Source of the DNA: Eledone cirrhosa
Taxonomy: Eukaryota
Direction: 5' to 3'
DNA length: 64,000 nucleotides
Assembly: GCA_964016885.1 (NCBI GenBank)
Contig: OZ024752.1
Span: 5,456,001-5,520,000, forward strand
The notes under the pieces are model-generated. The model saw only the letters and a program-made list of their open reading frames with translations, had not been told where the DNA came from and made no database searches. This document shows positions 38,730-51,532 of this stretch, piece by piece. Positions within the stretch are counted from its first letter, which is position 1, and every line of letters starts with the position of its first letter. Made by a program: the position numbers and the translations under genes.

Positions 38730-39006
38730 TGATCGCGTCATAATGATGTAATGCAGATAGCCAGACATACAGACAGATATTATAAGGGCGCAATGTTATA
38801 TCTATCTAAAAAGACAGACTAAGAAAGAGAGAGATCGTTAACCGGTGCCTAATACGGTCCCTAGGGCATTGAAAATTTGAAATTTTTTTTGCTCAAAACA
38901 CTAACAGGACCATAAGTGTGTAAAGTTTGAAAAGAATCGGTTGGGTGGTTCTCGAGTTTTAGTGATTGGACAGACAGACAGACATTCTCTGTTTTAGATA
39001 TATAGA
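37758..39006 (-). mobile_element. Helitron-like element with nested SINE/RTE fragments
   Basis: Minus strand starts A|TCTATATATCTAAAA..(tgtc)n and ends GAGCAACGCCGGGCCATTCTGCTAG|T. Confidence 0.65.
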
Positions 39007-39017
39007 TAAATACTTAC

Positions 39018-39115
39018 TTGCTGAAAACTTAGATCTTGAAAAATCAAAATTGAAAGGTACAAAATATGCAATGATAATAAGTAGGAGAATCACAATCACA
39101 ACTGTCCGTTTCGAT
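39018..39115 (-). CDS. KIAA2013: KIAA2013 homolog exon with N-terminal hydrophobic anchor
   Basis: ttccag| SKRTVVIVILLLIIIAYFVPFNFDFSRSKFSA |gtaagt. Phases 2/1. Confidence 0.9.
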
Positions 39116-41714
39116 CTGGAATAGACAGAATAAAGGAAAATTTATCAGTTCATTTCATTGTTATTTATTTTGTTAACCTGAAAGGAAAATGAGGTGTTAA
39201 AAATGAAATAATTCACAGTTGTTAATAAATTGTGGTAAGTTGAGGAAAGAAGCTAGTTTTCAAAATCAGACAAAATAAACAATGTTTCCATTGCTGATCC
39301 CATCTGTAACTACTCCCAGCAGAATCACCATTTTTCTGGTGACAGGGGCCAAGATTTGAAATAAGTAATGCAATAAAGCTGAAACAGACACACACAGATT
39401 TATTCAAACTACTGTCCTGATCTTTGTAATATCTAGCCATCTTCAAGTGCATGTTGTATTCATTAATGTACTTGGAACTTTAAACCAAACCATTTATTCA
39501 AAACATACAGGTAGATTTGTCCATGTCTGAAATACCCCAGCAATAGTTATTAGATACTTGTAAAGTCACTAATGGAAGTGAGACATGAGCACTCAATACC
39601 ATGTGGGCCCAATGTAAAATGGAGCAAATCAGGAAGAGCAACACTAGGATTTGACAGCAGATTGGAATAAAGAATATAATTGAGAAAGGCAAACATAGAT
39701 GGGCGGCCATATCTCTTGTCTCAAACAACAGGTGGACTATTATGGTGACAGAGTGGACACTAAGGCAGTGGAGAAGAACCAGTGGGTGACCAAAGGCAAA
39801 ATGGCATGATGATCTGATCCAATAACTTGGCCCCATAAGGTAGGAAGCAATGGAGGTCAACCAGGCAGGGGTTCCTCTAGCAGGAGTGAGAAGGCCCTGG
39901 ATTTTGGAATGTCACTTGCTCATTCAATTTATACCTTGCTTTCATTGATACCTGGAGAAAGCTTTCGACAGGGTACAATGTTCCATGTCATGTACACAGA
40001 TGCTATGAGCAAGGTGAGAGTTAGCAACAAGTTCAGTAAAGTATTTAGTATACAGACAGGTGTACAGCTGGAATCAGTTGTTGCCCCTCCCCCCACAGGA
40101 ACCTCAGTAAAACTAATGACCTAGTTATTATAGTGAGATCTGTCAAAGAATTAAAGAAGAAATTTGAAATATGAAAACTAAGCCTTGATAAAAATCAAAG
40201 GGTCTTTAAGTTAACCTTTAGTAAAGACAATATTTTTAGTCAGCTGGAAAGAAGTTGTTACTTATTGATAGACTAAAAATATGTCGCATGTTATGTATAA
40301 GACACAAAATGAGTATTCTTATATATATATCTATATATTTTTTACTAGGGCACTGACTTCAACAACTCCAGTATTTGTCAGAATAGCCATTTGATGAATG
40401 GGGATTGAGAAAATAATTAAGCTTGACCAGAGTTATCTCCCCTTTAAAAAGTTATCTCCCCAGAATAACGTGGTTGCAACGTTAACATTTTAACATTTTA
40501 ACCACACAGCCATGCTTGTTCCCATGATATGCAAGATATTTTGACCTGAATGACGCTCATCATGAAGCCACTTTTTCTGTAGAAAGTATTGGTGAAATTG
40601 GTACAAACAAGCATATGGCATGAATGAATGACTGCCCCTCGTAACCAAGGGATGTTTAGACACTTTTCATGACACTAAGTGGAAACCTCTCCTTACAAAT
40701 AATAATAATAATAATAAAAATTAAAAAAAACTTTTTACAAAAGTTGTGTACCTATTCCTGATGCTCGGAAACAATGGAATGCCTGAAAGCCCCACTATAA
40801 TCTTTACATATTCTATGTTAACCTATAGCATACAAATAGTGAATAACTAACCAGATGCCCAGAAGTAGCCCACAGAGACCATAAAGAGGGCCAGGGGTAT
40901 TGTCTTATCCTTCCTTATTAAACAATCAAAATTTATATAAATATGTAAGCTTTGGCACCCATTTTCAAGCCACAAGTGTTGTAGCTGTAACCATTTATTC
41001 TTTAAGAACAGTATCCTGAAATTTCACCTAAAACATGATTTTCAAATTTAAGACAAACAAACAAGAGTTGAGGGCCTCATACACATTATGGGATCCTTTT
41101 TGATGCATTATTTTACAACTGGGTGCCCTTCCTTGTGCCAACATTTCTAACCTCTTACAATACGCAGGAATACAAAGCTCTTATTGTAAACTAGATTTTC
41201 AGACCTCCAACATAAATAAAGTAAATTGACAAGGGGCTCTTAACAGCTGGTGCATAAGATTAGTCAACGATGATGATGGTGATGCTAATGATGAGGACTT
41301 TAAAAATGATTGAGTATTGATTATCAGAGAGGTTTTAGATATAGTAAGTTCAAACAAACATATATAAATTATATTGTTCAGACATACATTAGGAAATGTA
41401 CATTTTTTTTTTTTTAATTAAAACATGCCTGTACAGGATAGACTGCCATTGAACTATTTCATCACAAAATATAATACTCCAGAACAAAATATTACATAAC
41501 AAATTTTATTTTTCAATATGTATTCCTGTTTTGTTGATGTGGGGTAGAAGTAGAATAGTTGATCTGATTAACCTCTATTGCATTACCAAACCCAGTGAGA
41601 TTAAAGGGCTCTGTTTGCCCCAACAATGTCCTAATCAAATAATGGAGATATTCTATGACAAACACCTACTATTGATCTGAGTCCAATCAATACACTTCAC
41701 ATCATTCAATTATC

Positions 41715-42235
41715 AAATATCATTTTATATTGATAAGAGATCTTATCTTGCCACATGCAGCTGAGGCAGGAGCTCAATTGCTCCAGTCGATAACAGCCCT
41801 CACCAACTGTTTTCTCAGCACCAACTTCCACTGCCATGCCCGCAATCTTTTCTTCTTAACTAGTTTGACCGCCCCGAGGAAGAATGACGGAGGCGTCTGC
41901 CCCATCGTGTTGGGCATTGTCTTCCGATGACTTGCAGTCAAGTTAGCTTGCAAGTCAGTCAAAGACGACCTGAGCGAGGTGCTAAGTCCTGTCCAGCTCG
42001 GAGTGGGAATTAAGTACAGATGTGAGGCTGCAGTTCATGTGGCCAGACACTTTAAAGAGTACACACCTCCGTGTGAAGCGAGATCATGCCATAGAGACAT
42101 GTCTCAGATGAGCCCCTTCAATTTACTCTCTAGTATAGAAGACCCAGCATACCATGGCCACTGACAACAAGGTCACTTCTGCTATGGAAGTCCAGCAAGG
42201 AGACCCACTCAGCCTGCTCTTCTTTGTGCTGGCAG
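41715..42235 (+). mobile_element. CRE-clade RT fragment
   Basis: LTAPRKNDGGVCPIVLGIVFR*LAVK...LSPVQLGVG..CEAAVH...QQGDPL. Confidence 0.82.
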
Positions 42236-42847
42236 ATTTTTAACTTTATTCATACATTCATTATTATCTACATTGAAGTTACTAGTATTTTTGTGCCTTT
42301 TATTTAGTTTTTGGGGTTGGTTTAGCGTAGCTGTTATTTGCTTTCGTTTATATAAGTTCATTTTCTCATAATTAGCTAAGAATAATTATGGGTGTTAGTG
42401 TAAATTATGTATGATGGTATCAGTATGTGTGTATATATGGGTACATCTATGTACTCGAGTGGACCATCACTGTGTGTATATATGAGTATATATGTGCATG
42501 TAGGGTTGTACAAGCATATAATGGTACTAAATGTACAAATATAGTTTACTGGTGGCTATGTGTAGCTAGTAAAACAACTGGTACATATAAGTAACCTAAA
42601 ATAAACGCTGATAACCCCTTGATAATTTTAGCCAATACTTGCTTCCTTTATAACATTAACATTTCTAATACTGTTTACTGGGGTTAAATTCAATTGTAAC
42701 TTTAACTTCAGTGAATAAATAATACTGTATTTGCAGTAACTACAATCATATAGTATATTAATATCAGAACAAGAGTGTTGGAAATACCTGACTAACTATT
42801 GAGAACAGTACCGTTAAATAATTCCTGCACTTCCAGCCCTTCGTAAC

Positions 42848-42900
42848 CTTAAAGAAAAACTGTTTATATTTCGGCGCTTCAACCTGGATGGTGCACACAT
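42848..42900 (-). CDS. Candidate first coding segment of the KIAA2013 homolog
   Basis: MCAPSRLKRRNINSFSL(R) ends in phase 2 at a weak AG|gttacg donor. Good acceptor at 42960. Not homology-verified. Confidence 0.35.
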
Positions 42901-43185
42901 ACATCGGTCGGTAAATAAATATCTTTTATATGTTATATATAATTGTTTCTGATGATTTCTCTACAAAGGTATTGAAAATAATATTCTTTGGAGAATGAAC
43001 ATATGTAAATCAAATAAATAATGTATTAACTGTTAAACCTTGGTAATCTATTTCTTGTGTTTATATATACTCTGCGATTTATATATCTAAGATGACTGGA
43101 AATATACTAACTGGATTTAATTCTGAAATACCTTTCATTAATCTGGATATAGAATAAACCACATCTGAGCTTTAAATATCTGAAT

Positions 43186-43508
43186 GCCTTAGTGGTTAGA
43201 GCCTTGCAATCAAAAGGTTGTGAGTTCAATTCTCAGACCGGGTGATGTGTTGTTTCCTTGAGCAAGACACTTTATTTCACATTGCTCCAGGTTACTCAGC
43301 TCTAGAAATGAGATGATAGGGACTGGGGTCCCTACCATTCCACTGCAAAGTGGTTGTGGAGGTGCCACGGCAAAAAAGCACCCAGCACTCACTGTAAATG
43401 AGGTTGGTTTTAGGAAGGGCATCCAGCTGTAGAAATCAAGCCAGAATCAGTTCCTGTCCCACCCTTGCAAGCAGAGAAAAGCGGACGTAAAATGATGATG
43501 ATGATGAT
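43186..43508 (+). mobile_element. Family B composite SINE with RTE 3' tail
   Basis: tRNA head, core, ggaagggcatccagctgtagaaa block, then cccacccttgcaagcag.gaaaagcggacgtaaaa(tga)n. Confidence 0.92.
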
Positions 43509-44586
43509 ATATAAAGTTCAAGGAAACAAAAAAACAGAGGTACAAAAAGCTGTGTTAAAGTCACATAGGAGCCTTGATGTGGTGTTTGGTACACCTGGTG
43601 ATAAATGACATTATGTAGACAGCAAAAGAAAACATTACAAGGAAATAGAGCTTGTCTGATTTGGCATAAATAACACAGCCCACAAATATTTGCAGGCCTC
43701 GTGATAGGCTTCATAAAAAAAAAAAAGAATTATGAAATACGACATAGAAAGGAAGCAAAACAAGCAAGCAAAAGAGTTTTAAAAACCACATCAAATAATT
43801 ATCTATATAAACAATTATGCAACAATATATTGAAAAATGAATTTTTTTGTTTGTTAAAAAACTATACCTAATTTTGTCACAAACTAAGTTTTGAATATTA
43901 CCCCAGTCAGCAGTGAACATAGCCAAGTCAACATGTACAATAAATACATGTACACTGAAGTGTGAGTGTGTGAGTGTCTTATCACGTCACAAAGGAAAAG
44001 AAAAGAACATACAAAGCTATTATATAAATATATACATATATATCCACTTCCACTAAACGTGAACCTAATATAACTGTATAAAATGTGCCTCGTGTTTTGT
44101 TCATTTTTCAACTTTATACACACACACATATATATATATATATATACAGAGAGAGAGAGAGATTAAGAAGTGAATATATCCTGAAAAATTATAATATATT
44201 CCAAAAGCAAATTCATAAAAAAAGATATTTAGTTCTGGAGTGTCTGAAAATAATTATTACTAAGTTAATTAACAAATCTGAATATACATACAATTAGTCA
44301 CACATACACACCTACACCATCATTTAACGTTTGCTTTTCCTGCTAGCAAGGGTTGGATATATATTTTTCTTTCCTTTTCTTTTTCTTTCATTTTGATCAT
44401 ATATTTTTGTACATTATATTCGTGAGATTCCTAGCAATAATTGTATTTATTATATACTAGACCACCTGTGACCAGTTGGGTCACGTTCACTTAAAGATAA
44501 TTTTTAGATAATTGAAATATGCACAGACAGGTATATAATGTAAAATGCAATTGGAAGGCCCATATATGTGTGTATATATCTATATA

Positions 44587-45385
44587 GGAAAAGAGTCAGG
44601 ACCCCGACGGTTAAGCTCTGGCCGTTTTGACAGCTACATCCGAACTATGCCAGCAGTATTATCCACTCTACTACCCCAAGTATTGAGTATCTGATGGGTT
44701 ATGGTCCACCTGGTATCTTACCACACCACCTTTGTTATTTATACATATATGTGTGTGTGTGTATATATATGTGCGTGTCTTCTTTACCTCCTCCCCTTCC
44801 TTTCTTCTAGTTCCTACTTATCCATCTATGTTTTTTTTTAAATTGTATTATTTTAGCCCTTTATTATGTTTGTATTATATATATATATATATAGTGAAAG
44901 AGTGAAGAATAACATGGTCAACAGTACAAAAGGGGTTTTATTTACAGCATTAACAATTGTTTCATTGATTAAGTTGTCTAAAAATTGCTAATCACTGTAA
45001 ATAAAACCCTTTTTGTACTGTTGACCATGTTATTCTTCACTCCAAAATTAACTTGCATAGGAATTCCCGAGAACTCACAAACTCGCTACCTAAGGAAACC
45101 TCTTGTTGAGTTAAACAATGCCGTATGCTAAAACTATCCACAATACAGAGTATTCACAACCTCTAACTGGATTACCTATAATGATAATTTGTTATCCCAT
45201 ATATATATATATACAAATATATAGGAAAAGAGTCAGGACCCCGATGGGCAGAGCTCAAGCCGTTTTGACGGCTATTTCTGAACTGCTATTTCCCAACTCT
45301 TTTCCTATTACCCACTCTACTACTCAAAGTATCGAGTACTCTGGTGTGTTATGGTCTACCTGGTTCCTTACTACACTTCCTTTGT
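44587..45385. repeat. Diverged direct repeat pair (44587-44735, 45223-45385) around a hairpin
   Basis: Both copies start ggaaaagagtcaggaccccga. A Helitron-like CTAG end lies at 44457. Confidence 0.7.
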
Positions 45386-46294
45386 TATATATATATAAGC
45401 AAACAGATATTGAAAAATAAAAAAATAATAAATAAAGAATAAAAAATAATAAATAAAACCTATATATATATATAGGTTTTATTTATTATTATTTTTATTC
45501 TTTATTTATTCTTATTTTTTAATGTTTATATTTTTCTATTTTTTCAATATCTGTTTCAATACACAATTTCTTATCAGAAATCTTGCACTATTCATTTATT
45601 CATATAAATATATATATATATATATATGCATGTATATACTTTCAGATAAATTGCATATCTCAGAGATGATGGTCATTCTCAGCTTTTGTGCAAGTGATTT
45701 GGTCACTCTGCTTCTGCATGTTTCATAAACCTACGGGGAGTTTGCTAGAAAGGCAGCTTGTCTCTTGGCAAATACAAACAAATGATTACTTTAAAAGGAA
45801 AGAAACCTGATTTCCAGACTGAACCGAAGAAATGTTTTCATTGGTCTTTCCTATTGCTGATACTATCTGTCAGCCATAATTCCAGGTATGAGCAGGCTAT
45901 GGGATTTGAAATGAGAATGCTCAGAACGTGAATAGATACTGCAAAGCATTTCATCTGATGCTCTTATAATTCCACCAATCTACCACCCCTGGACTGGCAT
46001 TTTATTTATCGACCCTGAAAAGATGAAAAAGTTGGCAGCTGGATTTAACTGAGAATGCAGAGACCTGGAAGATATTGCAAAACATTTAATCTGATGCCCT
46101 AATGACTTTACCAAATTCTACCCCACCTCCCACATGGAGCGATTCTTATTTTTCTACTCTAAAACGATGAAAAGCAAAGTTGACTTTGGTGAGATGGATC
46201 TGATCTCAATTCAGAGCATAGAGTGCTGGAACAAATAGCACAAAGTATTTAATCGAACACCCTAACAGTTCTACCAATTTTCTGCCTTTAATAA

Positions 46295-46531
46295 CACTTT
46301 TGGTAACGATTCACCTCACCCAAAACCATCTCTGCTTCTATGAAACAAAACCACCCATTTCAAAGGGCTTCTATTTAAATTAAAACATTTCAACATAATT
46401 TTATATAAGAACATTTTCTTATGTTACAAATGCCATCTTAATGAAATTATAATATTACTAAATCCTTTCCAAATTCTTCATTGATTAACTACAATACAAA
46501 ATATTTCATTAGAAATATGGTAACAAAAGGG
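46295..46531. mobile_element. piggyBac-like MITE
   Basis: Ends cacttttggtaac / ggtaacaaaaggg|ttaa. Related pieces at 18635-18830 and 55705-55900. Confidence 0.55.
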
Positions 46532-47179
46532 TTAATAATACTTTTAAAAAGTACCAGAAATGAATCTTAATATCGTTTTGTAAGAGCAGGATATACAAAC
46601 AAACGAAATCGAAAATCAATGATAAGAGTTGAGATATTAAGTCCTAAAGTCTGAAAATGATATTTTAAACAAACTGTATACTTTGAGGGAGGTGGGGATA
46701 GATTATAAAGTTGAAAATTTGAAGTATACACAGTAGCAATACACACACACACTTTTAAACAAACGAAAAAAGAAAAATAAAGACACATACACAAACATAC
46801 AGAGAAACACACACTCGCACACATACAAACAAAGATAGACACAATGACACATGCACATACAAGCACACACAGTGAAATAGAAACTCATACAAACATAACA
46901 CAAAGACAAAAAAGTTATACAATGACACACATACATACGAACACACACACAACACAAGAAAAGAAATGTTAAGCAATGACAAGCACACACAAACACAAAG
47001 ATTCACATACACACACAGCCACCCACAAGGGCAAAAGTTACACAATGACACTCTAAGACAGACACACACACACTGTATATATAGAAAGAATGAGAAATAT
47101 ATTTGTCAAATGTTATAATAGCTAATGTAAGAGAAACAAAGTTATTTTAAATATAATTATTTCTGGGAATAAACTTTAC

Positions 47180-47224
47180 TTGCGGGGTCCGTAGAAATTC
47201 CTTGTTTTATAAACGTTTTTATTT
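47180..47224 (-). other. Candidate upstream micro-exon (45 nt)
   Basis: ctag|...|gtaaag. Reads NKNVYKTRNFYGPR(K) and is phase-compatible with the exon ending at 39115. Confidence 0.3.
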
Positions 47225-48235
47225 CTAGTTTAGAACATAAATGTGATTCATAACTTTATTGTTGTTACAACTTGTGTTTGGCCAACAGTCTTTTCATTAT
47301 AGGATTGGGTCCCTTATCATTAAAAATACTGAGGAAACCTTCTATGAGATGAAATCATGTAGAAGGCCAGCTATAACAACTGGAGTAATGTAAAATAAAG
47401 TGTCTTACTCAAGAACATAACATACCACCCATTCCATCAATAATTGTTGGTGTAACACATTAAATACTAGACAACGGAACTTCATAACATTGCTTTCACA
47501 ATATTAAATAGCTGGTTTCATTCTATAATTAAGGTTGGTTATGTTTTCTTTAAAAAAACATAACACTCTAACTTTGACTTTAAACACCTATCAAACCCAC
47601 GGAAAATGGACATAATGATGATGATGATGATAAACATCACAACAAATTTTCTAATCCACTTTTGTAATATGATATATTTGGGTTTTCATGGCCAATCATT
47701 TCTTTACTGTTAATCAATATTATCCTCATCAGCAAATAATTGGAGCTGATTATCTACAAAGTTGACCTCAAAATTTCAATCAAATGTATATATTGATTGA
47801 AAGCCATATGGATATGTGTGTGACAGAGAGAAACAAAGTTTAATTATCAAGAAAAAGAAACAAAGACACATAGAGCAGTAAATATTATTTATATAAACAT
47901 ACATTGTAAGTTTAACCTATATATTGTTTAAGTTAGACATGGACACCATTGATCTGAGCCTGCAACAGCTATACGCTGACTTCTACTTTATAAGATATAA
48001 CACACACAAATGTTTTAAAGCCATTATCCCTAAAGCATGCATCAAGACAATTTAAGTGCATATATATGATATGTGTGTGTGTAATAAAAAACGGGAAACA
48101 CAGGGATAGAAAAAGAATGAATGTTACTAGGTTGACGCTAAGATGAGAGAAAAGGGAGTTCAACATCTCAGACTTTGCTTCTTTGGTAGGAAAGTACAAG
48201 TAGAGGGATACAAAGGTGGGGGGGGGGGGGTGTTG

Positions 48236-51200
48236 CTTGTGACAGGACCCACTGAAAGGGGTGTTTGAGGACTCCCACAACCCTGTGACAGGACCCTCTG
48301 GAAGGGTTGTTTGTGGACTCCCACAGCCCTGTGACAAGACCCACTGGAAGGGGTGTTTGAGGACTCCCACAACCCTGTGACAGGACCCTCTGGAAGGGGT
48401 GTTTGAGGACTCCGACAACCCTGCGACAGGACCCTCTGGAAGGGGTGTTTGAGGACTCCCACAACCTTGTGACAAGACACACTGGAAGGGGTGTTGAGGA
48501 CTCCCACAACCCTGTGACAGGACCCACTGGAAGGGGTGTTTGAGGACTCCCACAACCCTGTGACAGGACCCTCTGGAAGGGGTGTTGAGGACTTCCACAA
48601 CCCTGTGACAGGACCCACTGGAAGGAGTGTTTGAGGACTCCCACAACCCTGTGACAGGACCCTCTGGAAGGGGTGTTGAGGACTCCCACAACCCTGTGAC
48701 AAGACCCACTGGAAGGGGTGTTGAGGACTCCCACAACCCTGTGACAGGACCCTCTGGAAGGGGTGTTGAGGACTTCCACAACCCTGTGACAGGACCCACT
48801 GGAAGGAGTGTTTGAGGACTCCCACAACCCTGTGACAGGACCCTCTGGAAGGGGTGTTGAGGACTCCCACAACCCTGTGACAAGACCCACTGGAAGGGGT
48901 GTTGAGGACTCCCACAACCCTGTGACAGGACCCACTGGAAGGGGTGTTGAGGACTCCCACAACCCTGTGACAGGACCCTCTGGAAGGGGTGTTGAGGACT
49001 CCCACAACCCTGTGACAAGACCCACTGGAAGGGGTGTTGAGGACTCCCACAACCCTGTGACAGGACCCTCTGGAAGGGGTGTTGAGGACTTCCACAACCC
49101 TGTGACAGGACCCACTGGAAGGAGTGTTTGAGGACTCCCACAACCCTGTGACAGGACCCTCTGGAAGGGGTGTTGAGGACTCCCACAACCCTGTGACAAG
49201 ACCCACTGGAAGGGGTGTTGAGGACTCCCACAACCCTGTGACAGGACCCACTGGAAGGGGTGTTGAGGACTCCCACAACCCTGTGACAGGACCCTCTGGA
49301 AGGGGTGTTGAGGACTTCCACAACCCTGTGACAGGACCCACTGGAAGGAGTGTTTGAGGACTCCCACAACCCTGTGACAGGACCCTCTGGAAGGGGTGTT
49401 GAGGACTCCCACAACCCTGTGACAAGACCCACTGGAAGGGGTGTTGAGGACTCCCACAACCCTGTGACAGGACCCTCTGGAAGGGGTGTTGAGGACTTCC
49501 ACAACCCTGTGACAGGACCCACTGGAAGGAGTGTTTGAGGACTCCCACAACCCTGTGACAGGACCCTCTGGAAGGGGTGTTGAGGACTCCCACAACCCTG
49601 TGACAAGACCCACTGGAAGGGGTGTTGAGGACTCCCACAACCCTGTGACAGGACCCTCTGGAAGGGGTGTTGAGGACTTCCACAACCCTGTGACAGGACC
49701 CACTGGAAGGAGTGTTTGAGGACTCCCACAACCCTGTGACAGGACCCTCTGGAAGGGGTGTTGAGGACTCCCACAACCCTGTGACAAGACCCACTGGAAG
49801 GGGTGTTGAGGACTCCCACAACCCTGTGACAAGACCGACTGGAAGGGGTGTTGAGGACTCCCACAACCCTGTGACAAGACCCTCTGGAAGGGGTGTTGAG
49901 GACTCCCACAACCCTGTGACAAGACCCTCTGGAAGGGGTGTTGAGGACTTCCACAACCCTGTGACAAGACCCACTGGAAGGGGTGTTGAGGACTCCCACA
50001 ACCCTGTGACAGGACCCTCTGGAAGGGGTGTTGAGGAGTCCCACAACCCTGTGACAAGACCCACTGGAAGGGGTGTTGAGGACTCCCACAACCCTGTGAC
50101 AAGACCCTCTGGAAGGGGTGTTGAGGACTCCCACAACCCTGTGACAAGACCCACTGGAAGGGGTGTTGAGGACTCCCACAACCCTGTGACAAGACCCTCT
50201 GGAAGGGGTGTTGAGGACTCCCACAACCCTGTGACAAGACCCACTGGAAGGGGTGTTGAGGACTCCCACAACCCTGTGACAAGACCCTCTGGAAGGGGTG
50301 TTGAGGACTCCCACAACCCTGTGACAAGACCCACTGGAAGGGGTGTTGAGGACTCCCACAACCCTGTGACAAGACCCTCTGGAAGGGGTGTTTGAGGACT
50401 CCCACAACCCTGTGACAAGACCCACTGGAAGGGGTGTTGAGGACTCCCACAACCCTGTGACAGGACCCTCTGGAAGGGGTGTTGAGGACTCCCACAACCC
50501 TGTGACAAGACCCACTGGAAGGGGTGTTGAGGACTCCCACAACCCTGTGACAAGACCCTCTGGAAGGGGTGTTGAGGACTCCCACAACCCTGTGACAAGA
50601 CCCACTGGAAGGGGTGTTGAGGACTCCCACAACCCTGTGACAAGACCCTCTGGAAGGGGTGTTGAGGACTCCCACAACCCTGTGACAAGACCCACTGGAA
50701 GGGGTGTTGAGGACTCCCACAACCCTGTGACAAGACCCTCTGGAAGGGGTGTTGAGGACTCCCACAACCCTGTGACAAGACCCACTGGAAGGGGTGTTGA
50801 GGACTCCCACAACCCTGTGACAAGACCCTCTGGAAGGGGTGTTGAGGACTCCCACAACCCTGTGACAAGACCCACTGGAAGGGGTGTTGAGGACTCCCAC
50901 AACCCTGTGACAGGACCCTCTGGAAGGGGTGTTTGAGGACTCCCACAACCCTGTGACAAGACCCTCTGGAAGGGGTGTTTGAGGACTCCCACAACCCTGT
51001 GACAAGACCCACTGGAAGGGGTGTTGAGGACTCCCACAACCCTGTGACAGGACCCTCTGGAAGGGGTGTTGAGGACTCCCACAACCCTGTGACAAGACCC
51101 ACTGGAAGGGGTGTTGAGGACTCCCACAACCCTGTGACAAGACCCACTGGAAGGGGTGTTGAGGACTCCCACAACCCTGTGACAGGACCCACTGGAAGGG

Positions 51201-51532
51201 GTGTTGAGGACTTCCACAACCCTGTGACAAGACCCTCTGGAAGGGGTGTTGAGGACTTCCACAACCCTGTGACAAGACCCTCTGGAAGGGGTGTTGAGGA
51301 CTTCCACAACCCTGTGACAAGACCCACTGGAAGGGGTGTTGAGGACTCCCACAACCCTGTGACAGGACCCTCTGGAAGGGGTGTTGAGGACTCCCACAAC
51401 CCTGTGACAGGACCCTCTGGAAGGGGTGTTGAGGACTCCCACAACCCTGTGACAGGACCCTCTGGAAGGGGTGTTGAGGACTCCCACAACCCTGTGACAG
51501 GACCCTCTGGAAGGGGTTTGAGGACTCACAAC
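48236..51532. repeat. 45/46-bp GC-rich satellite, about 73 copies, with higher-order structure
   Basis: Unit gaggactcccacaaccctgtgaca(g/a)gaccc(t/a)ctggaaggggtgtt. Confidence 0.98.

Noticed and set aside
45818-45885. Plus-strand AG...GT bounded open segment (TEPKKCFHWSFLLL...)
   Set aside because: No partner exons or recognisable homology.
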